From: Octopus bimaculoides
Taxonomy: Eukaryota
Length of the DNA: 64,000 nt
Direction: 5' to 3'
Assembly (NCBI RefSeq): GCF_001194135.2
Contig: NC_068988.1
Coordinates: 61,861,838 to 61,925,837, forward strand
The position numbers and the translations under genes are program-made. The notes beneath the pieces are model-generated. The model had not been told where the DNA came from. It ran no database searches and saw only the letters and a list, made by a program, of their open reading frames with translations. Shown here one piece after another: positions 13,037 to 24,619 of this stretch. Within the stretch, counting starts at the first letter, position 1, and the number at the start of each line of letters is the position of its first letter.

Positions 13037-13123
13037 ATCAGAAGGAAATGTTTGCTTTGCGAGTGTCGATCGTGTGCGGCGAGTGTCGAAAATAATAATG
13101 CAACAAACACGCTCGCGATTTGC
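13037..13123 (-). other. candidate 87-nt exon
   Basis: ctaattatatgtacag acceptor and GAT|GTAAGT donor; two frames open (QIASVFVALLFSTLAAHDRHSQSKHFLL or ANRERVCCIIIFDTRRTRSTLAKQTFPSD); CpG-rich. Confidence 0.3.
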
Positions 13124-14479
13124 CTGTACATATAATTAGAAATTTAGATAAGCTTTGGCCAGTATTGGCCGAGGCCGTGACTAAATTAACTGCACTGGCT
13201 AGAAAATACCTCTGATTACGTTTCATATAACAGTCATTATATTAGCACCTTAGCAAATTTGACTATCATTGGCTGCTGAGATATATCAGGGTGTAAGGAG
13301 ATGAACAATGGACGATTAAATTCCAAATGATATTTTCTTAGGGTTAATATGTGCACTCCAGCTGCGTTTCGTACCAACGTAGCTGTATTCAAATGATATT
13401 TAGTAATTCATAACACATGAACTTTATCTAAAATTTACATATTTAGCTGAGAACATTTTCGATAAAAAACGGTGTCATCACACATACATTGCTTGTAACG
13501 GTATCTCGCATGATTCGTAAAGCAGATTCTAACGGAAGCCTATGTTTAAAGTGCCTCTACCTCTGAAATACTCATCCATATATCACGAGAACACAACGAA
13601 TATGTGACGCAGTCGACGGAACAAAAGAATCCACAACGTGGAAACCGATTGGTATATAGATACTTCAAGACAAGCACGGCATGAGTCGCTACCCACCACA
13701 TTTTCAATAAATACAGTCTTCAGGACTTTTTCACTCCATTGTAATGTACATTAGTTACAGCCGCTGTCTCTGTCATTGTCTCTCTGGATATCTATCTCTG
13801 TCTTGTTCGCTATATAGGTATATGTGATCATGTATGTGTGACCACGGATGTTTGCCTTGACACTCAGAAGCATTTATACAATGATACATAGAAATATACC
13901 TACGTTCTTTACAAACATACTTACACTCATACTACCATACACACATATACACATATAGAGACACAGACATACGCTATATATATATATATATATATATACA
14001 CAGACAAATGTTTCTGTATCTATAAGTATGCACATACACACAAACACACACACAATTATGTATGTGTGTATGTGTGTGCGCGCACACGTGTGTGAGTAAG
14101 AATGTTTACATTCTTCCAAAAGATCTAAAATATCTTCACTGGTAGATATGTTAATCGTGGTGGAAACATTTCAAAAAACATACACTGATATCGTTTGAAC
14201 TTTTAAGAATCTTTATTTTAAGTTTAAGACTGCTGGACAACATCAAAACTATATTGCTAACGTACACATTTATCATTGCGCGTTGGGAATAACACAGACG
14301 TGTTCTAAAACAAAACAAAAAAGAAGAAACAAGCAAAATATATAGCAGCCAATGAAAAATTGTTAACGTTTATTCTGATGCGGTATCTTACGAAAATGCT
14401 AAAACATCAGGCAGAGACCATTGTGCTACAGCCCTTAATATTTTGCGTTCTAATCCTGCTAAAATCAAATCTAACTACT

Positions 14480-15350
14480 CGTGTCACTATATCTTTCTTA
14501 TTGTAAATAGTATGCAGTGGTTACTCTTTCGAACGACAATAAGTTTTTCATTGTTTTGACTATCTGCCAACTTCATCCTCGTGATCATACAGCCTCTATT
14601 TTCACGTACTTGATTTCGCTCTTTTCTTTTTCATTTTCGTTGAGTGTAATATCTCCATGGTATGGTAAGGTTGATTAATGTAGGGTGAAGTTGTCCTTAA
14701 TAATTGTTATGAAGGTCCAAGTTGATTGCCTTCTCCAACATTAAAGCTGTTATATGAGACGCTATAGTGTAGCTGCAATCTGCAACTGTAGAGAAATTGC
14801 TTGAAATATCTGTCAGTATTTGCGATTACCAGTAAAAGGTGTTCCTTCTGGTACATAGTGGTTGGTACTGACGACATGAAATTGCCCGCAGTGTTTCTGG
14901 CTCTCCCATCCTTAATGCTTTAAGGAAACTATCTTCTATGACTTAATATCGATGGGTGTGCTGTTGTACTCATTCAAAGTTGCCTCTCCTGCTCTAGGAG
15001 GCAAAAAGGTCTCAAATAGTTTTGCATACCAAATATATTACAATTGCATTTCTTCGCCTCAAACTCAAATATTATCTTTTCTAATGCATTTTCGAAGTAG
15101 CAGCACTGTGCTCAATTCAGATTACTTCGGTGGACATTAGAATCTGTAAATATATCGAAACCCCACCTATTGAAATCCAACTTGTCGCTGGGCACTCACT
15201 CGCCTTCTCTTCTACAAAGCAGACAAGAATGCAAGTGTCAAATCCTTGCCAGTGTCTTTGACTGTGAACTTCATATTTTCTCGATTTGAGTATTATTCTG
15301 TCACCATTTTTTGGATAAGAGCATGACATGCCAGTTCTGCCCCATTAATT
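14480..15350 (-). mobile_element. heavily decayed LINE, possibly the AP-endonuclease region
   Basis: Weak collinear motifs (GGVSI, SFNVG, EIKYV) among many stops; clade not assignable. Confidence 0.3.
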
Positions 15351-16286
15351 GTCTGTCACCTGGAGATTAACGTTTTTTTCTACTGATGGATAAAATATGC
15401 CCTTACATGTGAGCTGACGCAGTTCCTAAATATTTTTCAGTGTGCATGAGAAATCAAGGTTAAATGGCATACTTTCTTTTTCTTACTAAAGAACATAATC
15501 TAGGAGATTTGAATCCACTTTCGACAGAAAATGTGACACTAAAGTTATATGAACAATTTGGTTACTTCTAGGAAACAAATGCACATCCACTACATTATCC
15601 AAATCTAGTAGAAAATGTCACTGAACATGCTATAGTTTACCCTCTTAATTACAGCCTTGTCCCCAAAAAGACACTTCCCTATCTGCTTCTATTTATTATA
15701 TATATTTTTTCGTTGGGATATGAGTACAGATTTCAGAAGAATAAAATATCATTTTCCAAATTTATTAGATAAAAGACACTTTAACTGGTTTCAAAATCTC
15801 AAATTCTGCTTTATGTTGAACTATGCGCATATATTTAAAATCCATTTACCAACAAAGAGAAAATATTCTAAAAACTTAAAGCATTCTATCAAAAGAAAAG
15901 CAGTTATGGAAAGTAAAATGACGTCATTTATGTGACACAATAATAGTATATTAATAATAGGAAAACTAACATTTCCATTTGCTTCCTGAAATAAGTAAAC
16001 AGAGGGCATAGTTACGAATTTTGTCTATAAATATTGTTCAGCTTAGACCTGACTGCGTGGTAGAATAAATTTACTGCATAACATGGGTTAGTTTAAACCT
16101 TACTATGTCAATGTAAACTATCTGAATGGACTCCCCCAGAGAAACACATTTAAATATATGGTTTTCTTTAATAAATTTCAATTTTTTTTGCTTTTTCATT
16201 ATTATTATTAAATATGCCTCCACCAACATAACAATAAAAGATACGAGAATATATTTAAATATATTAAAACTGCATTAGCACACAAG

Positions 16287-16417
16287 ATGGATGTGTTCGG
16301 TGCAGACGAACAGCAAGATTTTTTGAAACACATTAATATTGAAATGTATAAAATAAGTCGCATAAAAATCTCGGGAATAAAAACATCTGTTACTCGAGAT
16401 GTATTATATTCTCCAAG
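16287..16417 (+). CDS. candidate exon MDVFGADEQQDFLKHINIEMYKISRIKISGIKTSVTRDVLYSP ending in phase 2
   Basis: Open frame from ATG to an AG|GTAATT donor; no recognised homolog. Confidence 0.2.
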
Positions 16418-16895
16418 GTAATTTTAATTTCATTCCTATTTCCTATATCTTAATTATGGTCTTTCTTCAAGGCCCCAATCTCATTCCTTTTTTTCTCTCT
16501 CTGTATGTGCTTTAAAGCATTTATCACACTGCTCTTATTTCATCTTTTCTGTATTTTTTTGTAACTCTTTCGAACAGTATATTGGATCTCTATCATTCGC
16601 TTTTCCTCTCATTACCTCATATTTTTTCTATTTCTATCTACTTTCCCTCTCTCTCGGCCCCCTCATCATAATATATCTCATTTCATTACGTCCAGTTTTC
16701 ACAATTTATTAATCAATACATACTCATTCATTTTTACTTCAAGTTCTTTCATATTCTTTCTATTTATCGTTCATTCCTTTTTTCTTACCCATTCCTCAAT
16801 ATCATTTACTGCCTCTCTAGATTATTTTTGCATAATCCCTGATCTCTTTCTCTTTCTGTCTGTCTCTCTCTCTCATTCAGAACCATAAAGTTTTG

Positions 16896-16947
<52 letters not shown>

Positions 16948-17839
16948 ATGTTTGTAATGAAAAGGCATCTGTACATAAATACACGCACACACACACATAC
17001 ACACATCCATTCACCCATACGCACATACATAGGCATGTGTGTACAAGAAAAGAAATAATTTCTTACACATGCATCCCTACCTCACTGCTTCTCATCTCTA
17101 ATATCACTCTCCCCCACTGAATGTTCTCTTCCTCACTCTCTCATGTTCTTCAGTAACTCCTTAAGATAATCTCAGTTAAATGTTTGTAGGGGGTCCAAGA
17201 AGTGAAGCCATCAATTATCCTTGCTAAATCATTTTAATTACATTTAAATGGCGATAAATTATCATTCCATCTCGAGGCATGTTTTCCCATTGACCCTTTG
17301 TCAAGCATGGACTATCGTATTTCTTCAGTGAATGGTTTACCACTATATTACAAATTTTTTTTTTTCGTTCTTGATAATTTCGTTTACGTTTTGCTCTCAG
17401 CCTATCACACATTCCATTTTCCATTTTTATGCAAAATTTTGTTTTTGCCCAAATTTATTTCCTCTTTAAAATATATTTCTTTATTTTATTGTATTATTGT
17501 CCTTCCCGTACACGTAGTATTTGCTTTTACCAATATTTATTCTATTTGTTTCCCTCTTTCTTTTGTAAGTTATATCTCTCTCTATTTTTTTTCAAAAAAA
17601 TCCGTTTAACTCAATATTTTATTTCCAATTTCTTTTTATTTCATTGCTATAGTTGTTGGTAATATTCGTGGTTTATCTTTATCGATTACTCAATGTTATT
17701 TTGTGTTCTGTGTCCTTCCTATTGATTTATTTATTTTTTAAAATCTTCTTTTTCATTTGATTGCTTTTCCTTCTATATTTGGTGTTTGTTTTAGATTTTT
17801 CATTTCTAGATATACATATACATATACATATGTGTGTGT

Positions 17840-17885
<46 letters not shown>

Positions 17886-17999
17886 GTGTGCGTGCGTTCG
17901 TGCGTGCATACATGCATACACATAAATATATATCTCATATGTTTTATCTTTTACTGGTTTCAGCAATGGGCTGAGGTCATACTCGAGCACCACTTTTTA

Positions 18000-18215
18000 G
18001 TGTGTTCGAGTCTCCTTTCTGTAATGTTTTTGGAGAAGGGAGTTGGATGGAACTGTTCTTCTTCGTACCTCCTGCAGCGACGTAGGTTCATCTGGGACTT
18101 CAGGTAGAAATGTGTCCAGCTACTTTTTGAATGTTTCCACATCTATACCACGCAAATCTATGAGGTTGTTTTCTCGTGGACGGATTGGGACCCCCACCCA
18201 AGAGACTAAAGGTGG
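18000..18215 (-). mobile_element. CR1-like LINE 3' coding end
   Basis: DLRGIDVETFKK*LDTFLPEVPDEPT..RRRTVPSNS matches the CR1-type terminus V..FK..LD.FL..VPDEP....A.SNS. Confidence 0.75.
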
Positions 18216-18245
18216 GCTGACTCATTGTTATAAAACAAAGAAATT

Positions 18246-20343
18246 TTAACCGGTTTCACAGTTTACACTCATTTTCAAAATGTTCTAATAGAATGACGCG
18301 GCATATGTCGCAGCTGTCTTGATTCTGACTAGAGTTAGCAGTTTGTGCTGGTTCAAATTAGTATATGTTTTGAATAGGATTTGATTGGGAGAGGATTGCC
18401 ACATGACTTATCTCAGAAAGTTTTGTAGGTTCTCCGCTACGTCCGTGTGTTAGTATCAAGCGGCAATGTATGACGTCGTAAGTTTAGGCTGACACAGTTG
18501 ACTGAATAATTCCAAACAATCAATGCTCTGAATGTTTTCTGCCAAGTGTTTGTAGAGAATGGACAGATGATTAGGTTTATAACCGTGTCGCTTCTTTTTT
18601 GCCGTAAAATATAATGTCAGGTGACACTAACGTACGGACGTGGCGGGAAACGTACAAATATATTGAACATATTAAACATCCAATATATTAAACATATTTG
18701 GAATTAAAACTTCACACCCCGTAAATTTGCCTTTTGAAACTTCATTAAAAATAATGGTAAATATATGAAAAATGGCTCAATACAACGCTGATCATCCTCC
18801 CAAAGAAACTACAAGTAAAAGTTATCGCTAATGAACCAGAACTACAACAAAAACTTAGGGAAAACATGGTTCTCGACATATTGAGAATGGAAATCCAACT
18901 ATTAGGTCTAAGAGCAAATTGTGCACAATTGCAAGCAGAAATTACAAAAACAACCGAAGGCCGAGAAAACAGTATTAAACTTTGGAAAGAAAAATGCGAA
19001 CACGAGGAATTAACATCTTTTCAACGGTGGGAGAGAAGTGCTCGTTGGTTTATGAATGTCATTTTAAAAACGAGTACTCTACCGAGAATCCATTTCTAGA
19101 AAACATTTTTAATCCACAAACCCCATTCGTAACTGATTAATCAAACACCTAAAGATGAAAATTATAGTCAGCAATTCCATAAGGACAATTCAAGACCAAT
19201 TCGACAACAAAATAATCCAGCTAAAATAATCGAAGTTCTCCCACCAACTGCACTGATCTTTCTCCAAAACCGAAAAATATCAACTTAAATGACATTTACA
19301 GAAAGGAGCAGACACAGTACAGATCAACAAACGTACGAAATCGATATGAAAGACGACAAGTTAACAGAGAAAATGTCCTCAGATATATAGATATAAAGGA
19401 AAACTTTGAAACATTATTTTTTAGATTCAGCTTACAGAGTTCTCCACACCAGATGGTACAAACCAAAGATGAGACACCTATAAAAAAAAAGTACAACTTT
19501 CGCAGCAAAATAAATTAATATTATGTCAAAATACCTAAAATTTACCGCAGCACCTTAACCTCAGTGAAATGCAGAATGACATTTCACAGTTCCGTAGCAA
19601 ACTACGCCTTACAGAAAAAATTGTTTGATAAAGAAATCAGGGACGGTTCAATTGCGTGAAACAAGAGCAATTACAAGCCTACAGAAAGTAAAAATAAAAC
19701 TTTAGATAAATTTTGTGATTTTATTTCTACCTTCCCTTATAAAGAACTTCCACACCCTAAGAACAAGCCCAATAAAAGTCGAAAGGAATAGGATATTATA
19801 CATGAACGGAAAAGCAATAACGACATTATAATTAAAGAAGCAGATAAGGGAGGTTCAATAGTTACTATGGATTTTGAACACTACGAAAAAGATTAAACTT
19901 GGTGTACCTTGGTTATAACTAAACATTTTCACTCAAATACATTGGCATTCTTTTTAGGCGCAAAATTTACTGCCACGTGACACTAACGCACGGACGTAGC
20001 AGTAAAAGCACAAAAAATTATAAACCTAACCATGTGTCCATTGACAGAAGACATGCAGTGCATTGATTTTTGGGAATAGTTCAGTCAACTGTGTCAGGCT
20101 AAACTTACGATGCCAAACATCGTCACTTGATACTATCACACGGACGTAGCGGAGAATCCACAAAAAGAACAGACATGTGACTATCTTCTACCAATCAAAT
20201 CCTGTTCGAAACATATACTAATTTGAACCCTATGAAAACAGTACAAACGTCAAATTCTTGTCAGAAGCAAGATAGCTGCGATGAAATCCACGTCTTTCTA
20301 TTTGAACTTTTTGAAAATCAGTGTAAACTGTGAAACCGGTTAA
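18246..20343 (+). mobile_element. internally deleted Penelope-like element with ~335-bp inverted pseudo-LTRs
   Basis: 18246-18582 is the reverse complement of 20018-20343. The interior encodes PQHLNLSEMQNDISQFRSKLRLTE and NNDIIIKEADKGGSIVTMDFEHYEK (the PLE KxADKG motif) at ~19816-19896. Confidence 0.85.
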
Positions 20344-20753
20344 GGCTTCAAATATATTAATAATAGAAAATAGTTTAACTATTCTCAGTGCATTTTCAAA
20401 TTCTATTTTTCCTATATATATATAGTCGGGACATGAGCAAATGAAATTACTGGATATTTCCTTGCTGTGGAAGTATATCCAGTGAGTAAAATTAGAGCGA
20501 ATAGGTCTTCGTTTTCTATCATTTAACTCGCTAATAAGTACGCAATTTCGGAAGATGTGTTGTGTTTGTATCTTTAGGATGGACTATAAATACCAGTGTT
20601 CAATTTATGGTTGACTTCGTCAGAAACATACAATTGCTAGGTACAATATCTTGTGTTTCCTAATTGGAGTTTTAAGATATTAATTATTTAATGTCTTTTA
20701 TTCGAATACTTAATACTTAAGTATTCGAATACTTAATAATTAAGAAGCGAGTA

Positions 20754-21225
20754 TTTTTTTTTTTTTTTTTTTTTTTTTGTGTAGCAACATTTTTCCAGTT
20801 TCTTGATCGATTGTAATTCAGACTGCCTCATGGCTTCAATAGACAAAATGGAAATGGCATGTCCCCGGAGGATGGAGAGGGAGATGCGCTGGAGGAATCA
20901 CTGTGAATCTCTGGGCTCGCATTTGCGGTAGCCATTTTCGTCCAAATAGTGGCGATCAGAGATATGTTTCGGCGGTTTTATAGCCCTGCTTGTCTCCGCA
21001 ATCACAGACTCGTGCATAAACCGGTCAGTTAGTGACTGCTACTTTGACAGTCTGCTTTTCTCAACTCACTTAGTAGCTGAGAAGGTGTTACACTATGTGA
21101 CATCTCAGTTGAGGGGCCTACCGCCACGGAGCAGGAAAACCGTCACAGTGAGGCGTTTTACCGTTGGCCCTGTCAAGTCCCGCTGGCTCGAGCTGGGAAG
21201 AAAAAGCTTAGGTGTCTAAGACATG
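20754..21225 (-). mobile_element. 5'-truncated CRE-like non-LTR retrotransposon (restriction-like endonuclease) with poly(A) tail
   Basis: LEPAGLDRANGK..GGRPLN*DVT..NTFS..AETS..EPRDSQ*FLQRISLSILRGHAISIL, then A25 (T run at 20754-20778). Confidence 0.8.
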
Positions 21226-21322
21226 CATCTAAGTATTCATTGGCACAGCTTAACTCTCGCCCTCTCTCATTAGAAATATGTGTTAGTGTATGTGAGTCTG
21301 TAATAGTAGTAGTAATTGAGCT

Positions 21323-21655
21323 AGGGCCTGGCACAGTGGTTCGAGCGTCGGGCTCACAACCGTAAGTTAGTGAGTTCGATTCTCAGACCGGGCTGTATGT
21401 GTTCTTGAGCAAGGAACTTTATTTCACGTTGTTCTAGTTTCCACAGCTCTAGAAGTGAGTTGCGACACCACTGGTGCCAAGCTGTATCGGGCTTTGCCTT
21501 TCCTTTGGATAACATCGGTTGCATGGAGAAGGGAAGGCTGGTACGCATTGACAACTGCTGTTCTTCCATAAGCAAACTTGCACGGACTTGTGCCTCGGAG
21601 GGTAACTTTCAAGGAGCAATCCTACGGTCATTCATGATCGAATGAGGTCTTTATC
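21323..21655 (+). mobile_element. tRNA-derived SINE, Meta/V-like central domain
   Basis: ggcacagtggtt A-box, gagttcgattc B-box, gtgttcttgagcaaggaactttatttcacg domain shared with 39285-39583. Confidence 0.8.
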
Positions 21656-22860
21656 CAGTTGCAGTGTTATAACACGTCCGTGTGGTAGAGGCTCAAACTT
21701 ACTCGGCTCTCTTTCTTTCCTCTCTATCTTATTTTCTGCCGCTACCTTTCTCCCAGTTAAACCACACTTATACGCAGTGTGTATTTGATCTACCATGCTT
21801 TCGTTAAATAATGTACATACATCATAAAGTGCTACGTCACTACATTATATAAGTACCCTCCAAAATAACATGTAACAGGAAATTGTAGAATGCTGGCTCT
21901 GACGTCATAGAGCATTAAGTGATGTTACGCATACTGTTATTTCATTGAGTTTATGAATTTCAGTAACTATAGTTGTTAAAGTCTCCTTTTAGTCCATAAA
22001 ACGTTATTTACAGACAATCATTTGAGACATTGTGCTGATTATCAATTAGATAAAATATCAGAAATGTGCAATTGGAGATTCAGATGCTAATTTCGGGTGA
22101 GAACCGAGAGTACATAGACTTCAAGTTTTTTTTCTTTTATATGCGTGCGTTTATCTACACACATAAGAAGATATACAGGCACACACATACATGTATACAC
22201 ATATATTTGATATCGATAATAACTATGATGTTTATGAGCGTTTGGAAATAAAATCGTGTAGTCTTAATGCTTCAGTCATTTGATATTTCCATTTACGTTT
22301 GCAAACATTGCTATTTACCAAAACGTGTGGCAATGGCTTCCTTCCGTATTTTTTAATATCTTTGCATCAAATTTCGTGAATATATTTACGAAGAGTAACA
22401 CAACTCCTGCTTCGTAATATTTGTTTTAATGATTATTATCGTCATAAAGAACTCATATAACAATATCTTCAAGCAATACTGATTCCATATTCATCACTTT
22501 CTAAATTGTCAAATGTACAATATTCTATCGGAAGCGAAGTAAATGGATTGTTAAAAAGTTCGCTGGAGATCCATGTTTTTTTTCGATTTAATTTCCGTTG
22601 TGAGAACATCCAGCAATAATTTTTAATATATAATATATATAATATATATAATTATATATATATATATATATATGAGCTAAAGTGTTTTTTTTCAGTTATT
22701 GAACGTTCTGCTTCCGAGTAGGTCATATCCCTAATTTCGGGGTTCCTTGTACAAATTTATAAATGATAAGAGTGAAGATGGTAGTCTAAATAGCAATCAT
22801 CATCACAGCAATTTTTATTAGCTGATATTTTGCAAATAGGTTATTTCTACTTATCTTCAG

Positions 22861-22986
22861 CAAGAAATATAACATATTTACGGTGAAGGCGAGGTGCATA
22901 AACAAAGACTTTTCGTATCTCAATGGTTCGATGAAAAAGCTCCGAGAGATTAAGTTCCGAAGAACAAAAAAAAAAAATGCAATGAG
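22861..22986 (+). CDS. candidate 126-nt phase 2-2 exon (KKYNIFTVKARCINKDFSYLNGSMKKLREIKFRRTKKKNAM)
   Basis: tacttatcttcag acceptor, AG|GTAAAT donor, open frame; the internal A12 run is suspicious. Confidence 0.2.
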
Positions 22987-23204
22987 GTAAATTTCGTTCA
23001 TGAAACCTTTAAATGCGCTGCACCGTCCTTGCCGCAATCCAGCACCTGTAGCAACTAAAAAAATAGTGGAAAGTAATTTATATAGACTCTCGCCAAATTA
23101 CAGAAATTCAACTATTTATTCATATTTTCTATATAACGACCATGTCAACCAGTGAGAATGTGTTTTCTTCATTCTTCTTTTCTCTTATGCGACACATTTA
23201 TATA

Positions 23205-23325
23205 TAGGTATAGTTGTGGCTGCGGTATGACAAATTTGCTTTATAATTACATGGATACGGGTTCAGTTCCACAGCTTGGCACATTGTTCAAGTGCCTTTT
23301 ACTATGTCCTGAGGCCGACAAAAGA
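23205..23325 (+). mobile_element. CORE-type SINE 5' half
   Basis: gggttcagttcc B-box, ggcacattgttcaagtgcc core. Confidence 0.65.
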
Positions 23326-23330
23326 ATTAT

Positions 23331-23532
23331 AAAATCTTTTTGGTATATAAACATTGTATTTTCAGAAATAACCGGTTTCGTGTTGTCTTTTCAAATTTCT
23401 CTACTTCATTGTAACATGTTCGCTCCAGTCTGAGATGGAGCGAACAGGTTACAATGAAGTAGAGAAATCTGAAAAGACAACACGAAACCGGTTATTTCTC
23501 AAAATACAATGTTTATATACCAAAAAGATTTT
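23331..23532. repeat. near-perfect palindrome, 97-bp arms, 8-nt loop
   Basis: 23331-23427 versus the reverse complement of 23436-23532: 3 mismatches. Confidence 0.97.
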
Positions 23533-24559
23533 CTAACATTTTTCTAACATTTTTCTGACATAATTTAAATATATACTTTAACCATGTAACACAAGCCTTC
23601 TGTAGTTTTTTCACTCGTATTATCTTTTATACATCCAACCACGTGCTTTCACATACCAGCTTTCTCTCNNNNNNNNNNNNNNNNNNNNNNNNNNNNNNNN
23701 NNNNNNNNNNNNNNNNNNNNNNNNNNNNNNNNNNNNNNNNNNNNNNNNNNNNNNNNNNNNNNNNNNNNNNNNNNNNNNNNNNNNNNNNNNNNNNNNNNNN
23801 NNNNNNNNNNNNNNNNNNNNNNNNNNNNNNNNNNNNNNNNNNNNNNNNNNNNNNNNNNNNNNNNNNNNNNNNNNNNNNNNNNNNNNNNNNNNNNNNNNNN
23901 NNNNNNNNNNNNNNNNNNNNNNNNNNNNNNNNNNNNNNNNNNNNNNNNNNNNNNNNNNNNNNNNNNNNNNNNNNNNNNNNNNNNNNNNNNNNNNNNNNNN
24001 NNNNNNNNNNNNNNNNNNNNNNNNNNNNNNNNNNNNNNNNNNNNNNNNNNNNNNNNNNNNNNNNNNNNNNNNNNNNNNNNNNNNNNNNNNNNNNNNNNNN
24101 NNNNNNNNNNNNNNNNNNNNNNNNNNNNNNNNNNNNNNNNNNNNNNNNNNNNNNNNNNNNNNNNNNNNNNNNNNNNNNNNNNNNNNNNNNNNNNNNNNNN
24201 NNNNNNNNNNNNNNNNNNNNNNNNNNNNNNNNNNNNNNNNNNNNNNNNNNNNNNNNNNNNNNNNNNNNNNNNNNNNNNNNNNNNNNNNNNNNNNNNNNNN
24301 NNNNNNNNNNNNNNNNNNNNNNNNNNNNNNNNNNNNNNNNNNNNNNNNNNNNNNNNNNNNNNNNNNNNNNNNNNNNNNNNNNNNNNNNNNNNNNNNNNNN
24401 NNNNNNNNNNNNNNNNNNNNNNNNNNNNNNNNNNNNNNNNNNNNNNNNNNNNNNNNNNNNNNNNNNNNNNNNNNNNNNNNNNNNNNNNNNNNNNNNNNNN
24501 NNNNNNNNNNNNNNNNNNNNNNNNNNNNNNNNNNNNNNNNNNNNNNNNNNNNNNNNNNN

Positions 24560-24619
<60 letters not shown>

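Noticed and set aside
15480-16420. Faint resemblance to a Cys-loop receptor ectodomain (VENVTE..VY, RWD, FPF, VLYSPR)
   Set aside because: Motif spacing is off by 12-18 aa, there is no WxPD or Cys-loop cysteines, and there are multiple stops.
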